A stretch of DNA of 61,964 nucleotides, the filler included, from Perkinsus olseni (Eukaryota), in assembly GCA_013115125.1 (NCBI GenBank). It is 11 parts of 11 records of this genome, joined end to end, with 100 filler letters (N's around TTAATTAATTAA, not from the genome) between each part and the next. Parts side by side here need not be neighbours in the genome. Positions count along the whole stretch, not along the records: positions 1 to 5,633 come from JABANN010001175.1; positions 5,734 to 11,357 come from JABANN010001176.1; positions 11,458 to 17,065 come from JABANN010001177.1; 8 more parts are not named here. One strand, written 5' to 3'. The position numbers and the translations under genes were made by a program. The notes beneath the pieces are model-generated. The model searched no databases and was not told the DNA's origin. It worked only from the letters and a program-made list of their open reading frames with translations. This document shows, one piece after another, positions 1 through 13,453 of this stretch (position 1 is the first letter of the stretch; each line of letters opens with the position of its first letter).

Positions 1-96
1 TCGGGTTGTTAATCAGAGGGTCTGTCGGGTTGTTAATCAGAGGGTCTGTCGGGTTGTTAATCAGAGGGTCTGTCGGGTTGTTAATCAGAGGGTCTG
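1..96. repeat. 24-bp tandem repeat, 4 exact copies (TCGGGTTGTTAATCAGAGGGTCTG), running off the window start
   Basis: Unit repeats directly at 1, 25, 49 and 73 with no spacers. Confidence 0.95.
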
Positions 97-1806
97 TGCA
101 GAGTCTCGGCCACTCCAGCGACGTTCGGATACGCCGGTTGTGCAGTTGGGTTCAAACTGGAACTCTGATGTCTCGGCTACAGCGGCCCAATAAGGAGAAC
201 ACTGCCTCACGGACGAGCGAGAAGCCTTTGAATCGTCGAGTGGTAGGTGTGGGGAGGTCGCGTGGAGAGAAGCTAATTTACTATTACCGTTTGTAAAGAA
301 GATGTGGTATGATTGATAGCCATCCGTGGAGTGCTTGGTTTAATTTCATTATTGATTGATGGTCCGTTGGTTCATTGGGGTTGCACCTGACGCATGTCAA
401 CCGCTAGTGGTAACCGCCACATTTTCCATCTCACATCGCGAAGCCCTGTCAATGACCAATAACCGCGGTTATCGGGCGCATCGCCATTGATGGGCCATTA
501 GGCATAATTGCAGTCGACGAGAGTTATCACCATTCGAGTCGAACTCGGTGGTGCCCAGCGTGCTATGTTTAGGTGCGCCCTCCAGCGAGTTCGCCAGGGA
601 GTCGGTTCAGTTTACGATATAAAAGGTACAGTAGTCTGCTCTCCGCTATCTGCTCCGGGTCGAAGTCCTCGCTCAGACTCACTGGGAGGATGCAGACAAA
701 CAAGAGCGTACCGTCTCCAAGAGGGACCACCCAACCATCTCAAGGTGGCGAGGTAGTCGGCCGTCCAAAGAAGGTGTACCCGGCCAGGCTGATGCGTGCC
801 AGGACGTCCTCAGAGGTGTTGGCGACGTGCTGTGCGAGGTGTACGAGGGTCGGATATCGAGGTGCAGGAGCGAGCTGGGGCGTCTTGAGGATGAGAATGA
901 TAATCTGAGACACTCGCTGAGTGATGCAAGCCAACGAGAGGTGGAGGAGGACCTGCAGTGAGTTAGTCTTGCCTCAAGACTCTAGTGCATTCTGAGCGCC
1001 GCCCGCTTGGCACTGAGTAAACCGGAACATCTAGTCCGGAACGCTCAGATGAAGCTGGCTTGGAATTTACAGTGACGAGGATGAATGACCCATTCGTCGC
1101 TTGCACACTGCTGCTCCCATCGTTGGTCCAGCTATGCTCAATCTCAGAGCCGCCACTCGGGAATGGTCGCGAGCCAAGAGTCTGCTAGCGTGGTCAGTGA
1201 ATGAGCTGAGAAGCATTCTGGGGAAGTCCGCCGGGTGAGTGGGTTAGCTGCCGCGCCATCTTCACGGCGACGGTGCCGGCGTTGAAGTTTATCTCTGTTT
1301 GGGAAACATAGTTTTGATGCAAAGGTTGTTTCAGCATAACATTGTTTTTTCTGGAACTCGAATCGAATCAGAAGGATGCAGTTGCAGCGGCTCATTGCGC
1401 TCTCAGGTCTGATGCACACAACGACAACCCGTCTACTCGAGGACAAAATCCTGTAAGTTTCCCACCGCACTGGTCGAATGACGATTCATAAACTGGGACC
1501 GAGCGGCAGACTTTCTTACCATAATTTCCAATCATCGCAGCAGCCACTTCTCTTAGCTCGCTAGAGCTTTCGCTTGTAGTTGGATACGGTAGAGTACACG
1601 CAGTTGACTGATATAGCATGTTCATCCCGTAGTACTGTGATGTGTTCTAACGGCATCTTCGCATGATGAGCATCAGCAGCTTCGGTGTAGTCAGGAGGTC
1701 CTGACGGGTACAACCACACACGCTCCCGAATCACATTCCTTTTCTTCGCCTGTGAGCTTGAGCGGGATATTGTGAGCGATGGAGTCGACGTAGCGTCTTG
1801 AAGGCC

Positions 1807-3430
1807 ATGGACAGATATAACTCCCTTTATCCATTTTCTCAGGCACCAACGAGCGCGTCGCATGAAAAAAAGCTCCGACCAGTTCCTGCTGGTCAGACTT
1901 CACCGCGGGAGTCGTCAAGCGCCCGGAACGTAACACGTAGCGTTTCAGAGAAAGATCCCTCGGCGGGATCGAACCGGGGCGAACCGGAACCCTCAGCGGA
2001 TGAGACTGAAGGATTCGTAGTCAACAGCCTCGGAAGATCTTCTCCCCCTCTCCATGTGAAGGACCTCGCTGAAATGACCCCCGAAGACCCGGTGTCAACG
2101 TTCCAAGGCGAGAGCTCGAGTGAAACAGGATTGATCACAGTGCGCTATCCTAATCGCGTAGCTCGCTCTGCTGATCCTGTTGCCGTCGAGTATCCACGAC
2201 AGCGGCCTTGCTGTGAAGCCTCTATGGTGATCGTCTATCCACGCCATGGTCAACATGGTTTTGACGAAGTCGTGAAGGTGCGGTACCCGTCTGACGTAAT
2301 TCTCGCCATGCCACGGAGAGAACCTGCGGAAGATCTGAAGTCTGTTAGCAGTAAAACTGCATACATATCCTATCCACGCGTGCTCGGCCAAAATCCAGCG
2401 GAAGTCACCTATGGAGGGGACGGGAGTGACCTTGGAGGGCAACTTCCCATAGGCGAGCAAATTCCAGACCCATCCTCGCCATCGCGAGGTAAGATACTCC
2501 ACCGGGTTTTCGGGAAGCTTCTGCTAGGCTTCTTTCCTTTTTTCAGAGCCTGCTGCCGTGGGTCGGTCGGCCAGTACAGCAACTTACCCGGAAGGAGAGG
2601 ATACGCGGGCCGATGGGTCCGTGCATGACGATTCTGGCCACGCGGGGGAAGCACGCTTTCCCTCCCCGCTAGGTCACGAACTGAGCTCCACCGTCATCTA
2701 CCCGAAGCCAGGGCCGGCTGATGATAGCTCGAGCTTGGCACCAGTGCGATACCCCAGCGCCCCAGCTACGTCAGAGCGAGCTTGGTTCGTCGAGTACCCG
2801 TGGCGATACTCCGACGAGGCCTCTTCGAATATCTCTTATCCGCGCTGTGGCGACTGTTATGACGATGAGGGGGTCCCCACGGAGGCAGCGGTTCCGGACG
2901 ATTCGAACACTCTAGCTCGATCGGAAGGAAGCAGGGAAGTGACCGAGATTTCTGCTACCCCAGAAAAGTCGAAGGGCTCCAGAGGCGTTGCCGAAGATTC
3001 CCATCTGCCCCCAGTTCCACCTGCTCAGCCAGCTTCGCGTGGTTTGGTGGACTCTGATGCCGACTCGAAAAGCAGTCGTGGGCTCTCCTCTGTTTCTATG
3101 ATGGATAATTCCAGGAGGGTTGACGTCACATACCCGATGATCGTCATTGGGGCTTCGAGCTCGACAAAGTTGGTCAAAATACGGTATCCGGACCCCTGTT
3201 CTCTGTCTGGTTCCTCAGTCTTCGTGGGTTACCCCAGCAACCTTCCTCATAGACCGCTGCCGAACGTTGTTTACCCTAGTGTTGTCGAGCAACGGAATTC
3301 CGAAGTTTTGCAGAGAGCGATGGTCCTGCCTTCGAGCGAGGCTGAGCTACGATCGGCAGAGCTTTGCGGAGGTTCGCGGGAATCCCCCGCCCTAGCTGAG
3401 ACCCTGTTTTACCCTCGTGCTGCTATTTGA
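1807..3430 (+). CDS. Two-exon, roughly 520-aa Ser/Pro-rich hypothetical protein with repeated (V/I)xYP motifs (exons 1807-2488, 2547-3430)
   Basis: A 58-nt GTAAGA...TTTCAG intron at 2489-2546 joins ORFs 1798-2628 and 2558-3430 in frame (SPSR-E-PAAVGRS). Both halves carry the same motif. Confidence 0.7.
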
Positions 3431-5442
3431 GTGCTATTTGATTTGCATACCATCCATTCCGATATTCTCCATCGAGTGCCTCTCGGCCAGCGTTGACTGT
3501 TAACGTTTTGCTTGGGCCCATGCTACGGCCTTTTGTGAGCTTTGCGTTCTGAACGGTGATAGGTTCGAATGAGTTGGGTTGAGAGTTTACAATGAGTTGG
3601 AAAAGGGCTCTTCCGAGCTGCCAGCCACGCGGGTCGAGGGACACCACAACATCGTTTGCTCGGCGGAGGCCAGTGACATGGCGAATACTGGGCCGTACAC
3701 GCCTCGATGGTTGAACCACAGTCACGCCTCTGAGATGCGTTGGGGAGTGAGAAGCGATAAGAGCGCCAACCTTCTTCAGCGTGCGTCCTTCGGGTTGAAA
3801 TACCGGCCTTCGGGTCGGGAGGGAGGGGCGAAAACTTTCTACTAGCTCAGATCAACCAATGATCTGAACGACCTCAGTTCATGGTCGCCATGCCACCCGG
3901 GATCAAACTCATTGCCATTCAGCTCACAAGGAAGGGTTTACTCGAATAGTGGGACAGCGGAAATCCACCCGAATCGGATCTCTGTCGGATCTGATACGAC
4001 CCGACGGGTAGTAAGCTCGGCTAAGCTCCCATAGAAATTCTACGGGAGCTGAGCCCAACTATGATAGAATCCATAGCGGCTGCTCCGCGACCTCGCGTAA
4101 CATTTGGAAAAGAGCTCGTGTCGCGAATCGATCAGCCGGGGAGAAGATACTCCTACCAGGCGACTCCCATTCACCATTCGCACGATAAACCAGTGGTTCC
4201 TAGCCTCTGTTCCAAAGGTATGGGCTGTGCTGGAACGACCCCATGCGAGACCGGGACGGACACCCTACGTAGATGTTTCCGCGTGCTGTGGAGGAAAGTA
4301 ACGTGTTATGACTCAGAGGAATCACTCAGTGAGGGCCAGCTCCATCGGTCTGGCCACGCTCAACACATGTGGATCAACAAATTGACCTAGCTATTTTCCA
4401 GGGAATTCCACTAGAGAGAAGTATCCGGGTCGCATCGCGTGTTGCGCCGCTGTCGCGGTTTCTCTGTCCCAGGTGCACTATAACTCAGTACAGTGTGGCT
4501 ATTTGAGACGGGGCTCGAAGAAAAGTAAAACCGGACTCGAGAGGAGCTCGGGAAACTGATTTAGTTGTTGGATTTATGGTACATATGTTCCGTGTGTTCC
4601 ATAGCATGACGAGGAACGCACGTGTTCGCTGGGACGAACGTACGTATAACGAGCAAAGGCGCACAAAGAGCAAGGTGGGTACGTTGTGACGAACCGCTGG
4701 TTCGAGGGGGCAGCGCACGGTAGTTGGCGCGCGCCTCAGTTGTCTACATATAACCGTCGGCCGTTTCATTTTTTGGGGGCCCCCCTAAGCTGAGACTTCG
4801 AGTGATTGTGTGAGACTCTAGTACGAGTTTTGCTCATTTGCTGCCACTGTGGGACTCCTCCTACGTGGTATTTGATCTCTGCAACCCGACCTTTCAACTA
4901 CAACACCTCTGACTTCGAGTTCCAAGTATTGGGATTGAGGCCTTCTTGAACCCCTGCGACATCAAGAACCACTCAGACTTGTCTACATCGACTTCTCCCT
5001 TTCCTTCGGTTCTACTACGGCCACCCCGATACTTCACAACGTAGCAGCAATGAAGGTAGTTGTCACTATAGCGCACAGGTTTCACTTGGAGAAAGAGCCC
5101 TAGCAGGCAAATGATCGCATCCCAAGTTGGGATTCCTAAGGAAATGGCATTTCGTTGCGTCTTTCGTCTGCTACAGGGTTCCTTCATTATGTGTTCAATC
5201 CATTGGACTGGCGCCAACTCGAGCACCACCCCTAGACGTTGTGAGCGCCGTGAGCGCGCGCCGGTGACGCGTAGTGTGGCGGCGTCGCACTTGTGAACCC
5301 TTGTGGGCCATGAATCATCTATTATAGATGGTCACTTCCCGTCGTTGTCATCACGCTAGTGATAGCAGCAGCTGATACACCATGATGCTCGACGACTGTG
5401 GACATATGTTGGCTCAGCGCAGCTTTTTTCGTGCCTTTCGGT

Positions 5443-5633
5443 ATGAGATCCTTCCCCAGTGCTGTCCTCCTGGTCTCTGTTCTCTCTGGGTGTGCATCGG
5501 ACGACGATGGAAAGGTGAAAGTCGCGGTTTACTATGAAACCCTGTGTCCAGCGTCCATCGACTTCATTCGTTATACCCTCAAGGCCATAATGGACGATCA
5601 CTACATACCACATCACATCGACTTGAAGCTCGT
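5443..5633 (+). CDS. GILT-like (gamma-interferon-inducible lysosomal thiol reductase family) protein, 5' part cut by the contig end
   Basis: Signal-peptide-like start, then KVKVAVYYETLCPASIDFI, matching the GILT YExLCPxS (CxxS) motif. Confidence 0.8.
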
Positions 5634-5733
5634 NNNNNNNNNNNNNNNNNNNNNNNNNNNNNNNNNNNNNNNNNNNNTTAATTAATTAANNNNNNNNNNN
5701 NNNNNNNNNNNNNNNNNNNNNNNNNNNNNNNNN
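5634..5733. other. Assembly linker N-TTAATTAATTAA-N (also at 11358, 17066, 22760, 28407, 34044, 39662, 45270, 50871 and 56419)
   Basis: Ten identical 100-nt linkers with a six-frame stop separate contigs sorted by decreasing length. Confidence 0.98.
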
Positions 5734-5913
5734 TAATCTGTTATCATTCACTCACCATGGCTTCGGGTTCATCAAACAACACAGGGTCTCCATGGAACTA
5801 CAACACACGTGAATATCGATCACTCTGGCGCGCGCGAACACGAAATTGCGTCGATCGGCCGATCGATAGCCGGCTCGAAACCTCGGAAAGGCCGACCTCA
5901 CGCCGCAGCAGCC

Positions 5914-6730
5914 ATGGGAATCAAATCCTACCGAAACTGTAATAAGGGATGGAGTTGATGATTGTTGTATGGATGTGTATTTTCGTACCTCGAGCGTATC
6001 TTCGGGATTTGCGAAGGTCCAGGTTGGGAGTATCTCTGATTTCTCAGACTCAAAGACTGCCAAGACTCCTCGTCGCCCCTTCGAGAAGGCTCGTATCGAC
6101 TCTGAGCTTCAGATCGTCGGCGAGTACGGCTTGAAGAACAAGCGCGAGCTCTGGCGTGTGCAGTACACTCTTTCTAAGATCCGTGCCGCCGCTAGGTAGT
6201 ATCCGGGAAATCGGTCGTGGAAGATACAAAATGGCTCAACTTGGATCGCGCCTTCGGTAATTGATTGCAGACCTCTCCTATTTCAGGCATTTGTTGACCC
6301 TCGAGGAGAATGACGAGACCCGCGTTTTCCAGGGTGAGGCTTTGCTTCGCCGTTTGGTTCGCTTGGGCCTTCTCGGTGAGGATGAGCGTAAGCTCGATTA
6401 CGTCCTTGCCTTGACCGTCAACAAGATGCTCGAGAGGCGTCTCCAGACTAAGGTGTTCAAGCTCGGTCTCGCCAAGAGTGTCCATCACGCTCGTGTCCTT
6501 ATCAAGCAGAGGCACATCAGGTAGTCCGAGGTCGCTTCGTTTGAGTTCATTCACACGTGTGTATTGTTAGGGTCGGCAAGCAGATCTGCGATGTTCCTTC
6601 CTTCATGGTCCGTCTCGACTCTGAGAAGCACATCGACTTCGCCCTCACCTCGCCCTTCGGTGGCGGACGCCCTGGCCGCGTAAAGAGGCGCAACGCCGCC
6701 AACGCTGGTGGTGATGATGATGAGGAGTAA
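5914..6730 (+). CDS. RPS9: 40S ribosomal protein S9 (uS4); exons 5914-5938, 6048-6195, 6287-6520, 6571-6730
   Basis: Spliced product [24 protein letters not shown]...[12 protein letters not shown]...ERRLQT...[23 protein letters not shown]...[10 protein letters not shown]. All three introns are GT-AG. Confidence 0.97.
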
Positions 6731-7380
6731 GCAACCGATAGTGTTGATTGCCACTCGCAGCAGCTGCCGGTAGTGTCGTGATTTGGTTTCGCGGCTAAAA
6801 CGATGAGATTGCATGTTGAGTTTTATTAGTAATTTCGGGGATACGCCAGCTGGTATGCGGTTGGGTTTTGTATTTCTACTAATCCACCTCGGCGGATGGG
6901 TGAAGGGTGTTGTATTGAGTTATTCATGGTGGCCTCTGCGACCTAAAGCGCGTAATTTGCTGTATGGTCATTTTTCTGAAAACACGGGTGTGTTCCTCCC
7001 ATTCGTCTCACCCCTGCATTTCGGTCTTGCGGAGCTGTCTCAATACTGCGGGACGAGCGCCTTCAGGCAACAGCGACTGTTGAACGCTGTCAATTATTCA
7101 ATACAGGTTCAACTTGACGTGGGGGTGATGCTCGAGCTGTTTTAGGATGGCCACAGATCCGTGCGAGACAGTCATCGTGATCATACGGTCGCTGTCGGAC
7201 ATCTATTTTGGCCTGGTCGTGTAATGTACTGGCTGATAAGCTCGGGGGTGTGAGTTCGAATCAGTGATAGGATTTGTAAAACTTCATGCAAGAGTTTGCG
7301 GCTGAATAGAAGGGCGGCCCTCGCGACTAACGGTGTGAGATTATAAGGACGTTGAGGTTGTCTTCGCTTGTGTTAGTCGA

Positions 7381-7454
7381 AACGTTGTAGTGTAGAAGTT
7401 TTACTCTCACGGAGCTGTCAACAAGAGTCTCCGGTTCGAATCCCTGCAGCGGCA
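7381..7454 (+). pseudogene. Degenerate tRNA-like sequence (possible Asp-GTC relic or tRNA-derived element)
   Basis: A-box-like TAGTGTAG, B-box GGTTCGAATCC, partial acceptor pairing CGTTG/CAGCG and a trailing T run. The anticodon arm pairs poorly. Confidence 0.4.
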
Positions 7455-10400
7455 TTTTTCCACCGTTTTGTACCAGGCAGTCCAAAAATTTATCGGGAAC
7501 CAAAGAATTGCTGTCAAGTGCGCGCGATACACTTTTCTGCGCTCAACCTTTGACGTAAGTGCTTGAAACCGAGCTGGAAGTCTACAAACTTACTGATATC
7601 GAAAAGGCCCCCGGTTTTCTATACATTCCGAGTCGGAATTTCCGACCCTTGACCACGACGTGCTACTGTAGACTCATCGAATTAAAATGTTTCCTTTTGC
7701 TAGAGGATGAGAAGGTGTGTGCCCGCTCGGGCCCTGCATTACTAGAAGCAGCGACTACCTTCGGTGCCGAAGCTCTAGGTTAGGGTTTATTGATGTTCAA
7801 ATGTTTTCTGCCGCTCTATCATGAGTACCATACTGTGGACGAGCTTGTGCATCATTGTGATGCTCGAAGATGGCTAGTTTTCGAATAGTGTATAGTTTAA
7901 TTGCAACGGTAATACAGCAGTTGGCACTTCACGCTTTGCAGCACTTAGAATCTTATTATCTGTCGATCCGGCTGAAGGTTCAGCTCGAACACCCCGAGTT
8001 CGCGGCTCACATAAACGCGGAAGTACAGCTTCATCTCATCCGTGTATACGGTTGATGCTTCTCTCACCGATCCTGTTTCGGCTCGACCTTTGATGTTTTG
8101 AGTTAGTGGATGAAACCCGTTAAGATATGCAGAATGGGGTGACTCACAGAGTGAGTTCAGTCCATTGAAGCTCTACTTCATGACGTTCATCACAGTTCAC
8201 CACCTATCCGTTTTGTTTGCTTATAATGTGGAGTTCATCATCGTCGAATTCATGGTCAACTACCTGGGGCTCCGATGACGATACTACTACTGCCACTAAT
8301 ACTACCGATCCCGACAGAGGTGCCTCCGATGCTCCGGGCACTGCATTTAAAGGAGCCACTAAAACTGTCACTGAAGAGCGATGCAGGACGGACCCTAGCA
8401 CGGGTAATAGGGGAGAATGCGTCTGTGCGATATTCGCCATGTTGACATGATAATGGAAACCACATCGAAAAATCCCAATTTATATTTTATATAGGCGGCG
8501 GCCGTGGTCTAATCTTTGCTTTTCTGGGAGCTCATTACTAGAGTCCTTCCCGAGTCGACTGCTGAGAATCTCTGGTTGATACCGGGCATCTCACATGTAG
8601 CGATTGATTACGAGCTCCGTATTTACTTCGCGTGAATAAATTACCGCGGACTTTGATATTGGTTCTTGCGTCACGCATTAGGCGAAAAAAAATGACCCGT
8701 CGTGTTCAAGCCGTTACTTGCGTTCCACGCAAAGAGTAAGTTTCCGATAAGGAATATTTAGTTCCAAAGACTAGACATTCAGGGCTTTGTTGAACTATAG
8801 ATCTGTCGAAACGGACGCTCGAGACTCTTGGGTTAAACCGTTGACCGTTAATGGCGCATCCCTTCGTAACTTTTTCGCTATGCGTTCCAACGGGCTGTAT
8901 TAAAGCAAGAAGAGAGAGTACTTTCAGCGGAGAGCTTAGAAGTAGACGTTAGGCTGACTTTGTCATAAGATTATGATGTTTGGTTAATATATGTCGTTGT
9001 GCAGGAACCTTAGAGACATTTATTCGTATCTCAGGTGAGACGCGATGCGACAAGATTCGTCGCTTGTTCAGGCAAACGCGGCCGGGCGGACCTATGGAAC
9101 AGGTGACAGCGTCGGGCGCCCGGAGCATCATCGGAAGATCGTACGCTATCCCGCGTTAGGTCGAATCAACCCGTACCGAGAGTAGCGGCCCGCAGCAGTG
9201 GTCACCACTCTTCGCGGCTCCTGGTGATGCGGGCGATGGCTTAGCAGAGTCGAGCAACACTCAGGTGGAAAAGGGGTGGTCTTTTCTGTACGATGCTTGA
9301 AGTTTGGATCTTGTTTTTCGCTTCGAGGAATCTAGGAAGTTCGAAGGTTAATGCCACAGCGGTGAGGTCTTCTTCAAATTTTGATCGAATGATCAGACCG
9401 ACGCCTTCCCCGTCGTTGACGAGGTGGGCCGTCCAGTGGGCAAGGCTACTGTACGGTCGTCATCGAGCTCACTCGACGAACACCATCCGGTTCATCACTT
9501 CATGAATTTGTTGCATGGGCATCCCGATACACCGCATGAGACGATCGTTGTGGAGCAGACCAAACCAGGTAGTGGAGGCTCAACTGCGGAGAGCGTCCTT
9601 CTCTCATTAACTGTGAAGTGAAAAAAGTGCTTTACTTCTTACCACTGGACCAGTGGCTTAGCACTGCCTAAGCTGCTATTCTATGCAATGCTCGCCCGTT
9701 CCTAGTGATTGAATATTGAACTGAAAATGTAGATCTCTTGACCATAGTTAGTTACGCATGTTACGAGAACTTCGTATTCAGAGTGAAATACACGAGCACG
9801 ACGGGGGTTGATCTGGCTTAGATTCCACCGGGTTGCTCATGAGATCTGGGACGCGTCTTTTGAAGTCACTATTGTGAGCAATGATAGCTCCATATACTTC
9901 GGAATGAATGTGCCTGGCGATTTCGTGGTCGGAATAGTCGATCTCTTCTCGTCCGTACAACACGCCAGGCAGTTTCGTGGCATAGCATAGTGGCCAACCT
10001 ATGAGGCGATACCGTATCCGTGTGTGGTGTGAATTCGTATTCGAAGATCTCCTTCTCGATCAACGGTGCTTAGCATGCTTCTCCTGTGTATGATTGAGAA
10101 GCATCCGATATTGTTTGTTCGATCTCAGGTCTCGGTGAGAAGATATTCTTGAGTATCTTCGGTTCAATGGTGGACTTCATGTTCCGCCACCTCGATAGCG
10201 AGTGGCCAGATTTCACGTCCAATGGTGGATTATTCAGCAATGCGATGGATGTTGCAACCGATGCTGCCGACGCTGCCACCCAGTATGGACCAGATTGCTA
10301 TGAGGTCTAGGGTGACGGTTACATCCATGCATTTCATATGCTCAAAAGATACCAACAAGTTAGTACTGTACGACTTCACCTGATACTCTTTTGTATTTTT

Positions 10401-10759
10401 TATGAGCTTCATCGCGTGCTTAGTCGGTGGCTTTAATGCTGATCTGAGCAGGGGTCCAGAAGGTACTCCGTGTACACTTTGTCGAGTCCATTGCGACCTC
10501 TTACTGACACTCCAAGCTATCCTGTGATCATAGTGAAGATGATCTTGCTGAGTTGATAAGTGTTCATGGCAGTGATGTGACTCAGGAGATCCTACGCGGT
10601 CTTGATTGTGCTGGGGGACGCTCGCTATTGAAGCGAGCAGTGATTACCAGTAAGATGATATCGGCGTTCTTACCTGCTCATAAGAAAAGTACAAGCAGGG
10701 AAAAAGATGAAAATGCCACAGCAGAGGAAATCATGTTCATCATCGATACAGTCTTTTTT

Positions 10760-11276
10760 ATGTCATCGTCATCATCATCGAGTTCATCACCCCCACCAGA
10801 CCCTGACAAGAAGACCGAAAGCAGCGGTTCCCGCAGCGGTTCGTCTAACTTCGAGTGTAACATATGTTTTGACCAAGCCACCGATCCTGTTGTCACAAGA
10901 TGCGGCCATCTGGTGAGTGTATGGGGATATATTTTGCGATGTTTTGAAGAACACATTCTGGCGTTCTTTCCGCTGGTCTTCTTCTCATGAATTTCAAGTG
11001 ACACCTGGATTGAGTGAATATTCTATATTCTAGATGCCACACATGTATTCGCATTGCCACCCCGCTTCGAGGCATTTCCGATATCTACCCCAACTCGCGT
11101 CATCTCTCCACAAGAACGGAATATCCGAGAGACCCCATTATAAATCGAGCTGAATGCCGGATTCTCATCTGGACTTGATCTATTGGTCTGCTTCCTCTGC
11201 AGTTTTGCTGGTCGTGTCTCGACCAATGGCTTGACCGTTCTGGAGAATGCCCCGTGTGCAAAGCCGGAGTGACAAG
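10760..11276 (+). CDS. C3HC4 RING E3 ubiquitin ligase, RNF5/RMA1-like, 3' truncated (exons 10760-10912, 11203-11276)
   Basis: FECNICFDQATDPVVTRCGHL splices (GTGAGT...CTGCAG) to FCWSCLDQWLDRSGECPVCKAGV. Confidence 0.88.
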
Positions 11277-11457
11277 GTAGTTACTGTAAAGGGAGTTTCA
11301 AAACTTCGTGAACAACTTTGAACTCTTGAAATTTCTCAACGACCGACCGTACGAAACNNNNNNNNNNNNNNNNNNNNNNNNNNNNNNNNNNNNNNNNNNN
11401 NTTAATTAATTAANNNNNNNNNNNNNNNNNNNNNNNNNNNNNNNNNNNNNNNNNNNN

Positions 11458-12480
11458 ATGAACTGTGTCACAAATGACACCTCTCAGCCTTAAGATGGCC
11501 TTACGCTCGACGCTCTTACAACGGGGTACCGTCCAGACATCGGACTGCTTGACGGCAACGGAACTATCTGATAATAGTTGCACAGAGGTCACTAATGGAA
11601 AGAAGGAAAGACAATCCTCGAGCCTCTGGAGACACCATGCGATAGCATAGAGCTCCCTTCTGTTCACATGCCACGAGCCTACCGACATGCTTCGGGACTG
11701 GATACGCGCAGCACAGGCAAGAACCTGGCCATCCGAACTGAAGTGCAACCCATGGGAACGCCAGATGACCAAGTCCTCTGTGAGTTCAGCAAACTTCGGC
11801 AAAAACCTGTCCGCGATCTCGTGCAGGAGAGCAAAGCGTGGGACTCCTCACCTCGCGTTGACAGGGTATCATTGAACACCGTCACAGAGCTGTCAACACC
11901 GCCTCCTTCACGACCACTCCTGAAACAGACATTACTCCGGCATTCAAAGAGGGATGTTATCGGGAAATATCCGCGATAACAACTCCACCCACACGTACTG
12001 GGTAGCGGTGCTTCTGTTAATTAAGCGCGTCAACCCATTCTCGACAATTCACGACCGAGGATTCTCACAATGCCGACCGTTGGGAGGGAGGACCAAGGAG
12101 GGTGGCCACTAGACCGATGCTGCAAGTAGAGTGCACACTGTGCACTGCACAGACCAGGCCGGTCAGCAACGCCCTCCAAGCAAGCAAAGTAACCCTCACC
12201 CGACCGATTATGTCCTGCACAGTGCCCTCGTCAGCTCTCGTCACGCTGATCTACCCGATCTCCACCCCCATCCAGGAGCTCGAACATCTCCCTACTGAAA
12301 CAGGGTACACTGAGCGAGATTGGCGATGCCTGTGGTTTACTCTGAACACGTCGCTTTTCACGCAGCTTCTCCATCCTCAGGCGGGTTCTCATCCGGCCCC
12401 ACTTGCAAACGATCGCACAATACGACCGGCCGCTGAAGGCGTACCCCCTGAGAGCACCACGACTCAACGATTGTGACAAT
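11458..12480 (-). mobile_element. Degenerate retrotransposon pol fragment; RNase H domain recognisable, upstream part frameshifted and its extent uncertain
   Basis: WHVNRRELYAIAWCL...VQLLSDSSVAV resembles the LTR/DIRS-type RNase H motifs HINxxELxA and xSDS. Confidence 0.6.
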
Positions 12481-13453
12481 GAGGAAGTAACCTCACCTGT
12501 ACCGACTGGACCGAATCAGTTTGCTCCAATTATTGCCGTATCGCCGATTGGCTCTCCTCAGATCGTCTTCCTCCACCCACTGACAAAAAAACAAACACTC
12601 GGCGTGCGAGTCCTGTTCGAGAGGCTTACCGCCCACGGGCCCTCCTTCATTCCATCACCGTTAAGGTGCTGGTCCTCGAATAAGCGAGGCTCTGATCGGG
12701 AGAGCACAGGGGGCTCCCTATCAGCGAACTTCTATTCCGCTCATTGAGGTTGAAGTCAACCCGTCCATACGAAAATGAGGTCATGCAGACCAATATCAAC
12801 TCACTTGGCACCCATCCAAATATGTGCCCTTCTGTGTCCCCCATCTCTTCTCGCCAGAATGATGATGATAATGATGTTGATGAAGATGGAAAGGACCAAG
12901 TCGATGACGATATGCTCGACTCGCTGGCGACTAAGATACACTCACATTGAGGTTGGCAGAGCACATCACAGAGCAATCACCTGGTCCCGGCTCCTCATCA
13001 TCACCCCCGCAACTTACACCGTCACGACTCCTCGCAACCGAAGGCTCCGAGAGAGGCTCCGACGAGCAGCGGTCATGGGGAGAAAACATTTCTCACGGCG
13101 CAGAGACCTGCGATTGAAAGCCACAAGCAGTGACAAACAACGTCCGAGGATTGACTCCACCGTCGTAGCGCTTGTATAAGGAAACCCCGATCAGAGAGGT
13201 TAAAGTCGAACCTAGATGCATCGCGAAGAGCTACCCCTTCCCCGCTCGGCGACCCACCAACTCTGGAGGTGGGGAACTGTAAATTGAAACATCATGGCAC
13301 ATATCTCATCATCACACATCAAGATATCAGAATCATCATTTAGCTGCGTTTAGGCGTACCTGTCGAGGCACTCAGAACATCGACGTGATAGGGAGCAGAC
13401 TACAAGCTAGAACGTGTCGCCAACTTTTGCAATGTTCCTCCAAACGCTGTGGG

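Noticed and set aside
1-96. CRISPR array, or the LIRGSVGL repeat protein
   Set aside because: Head-to-tail repeats with no spacers and no cas genes; the ORF is a by-product of the repeat.
9778-10412. Protein-like minus-strand fragments
   Set aside because: Interrupted by stops and frameshifts, with no recognisable family.
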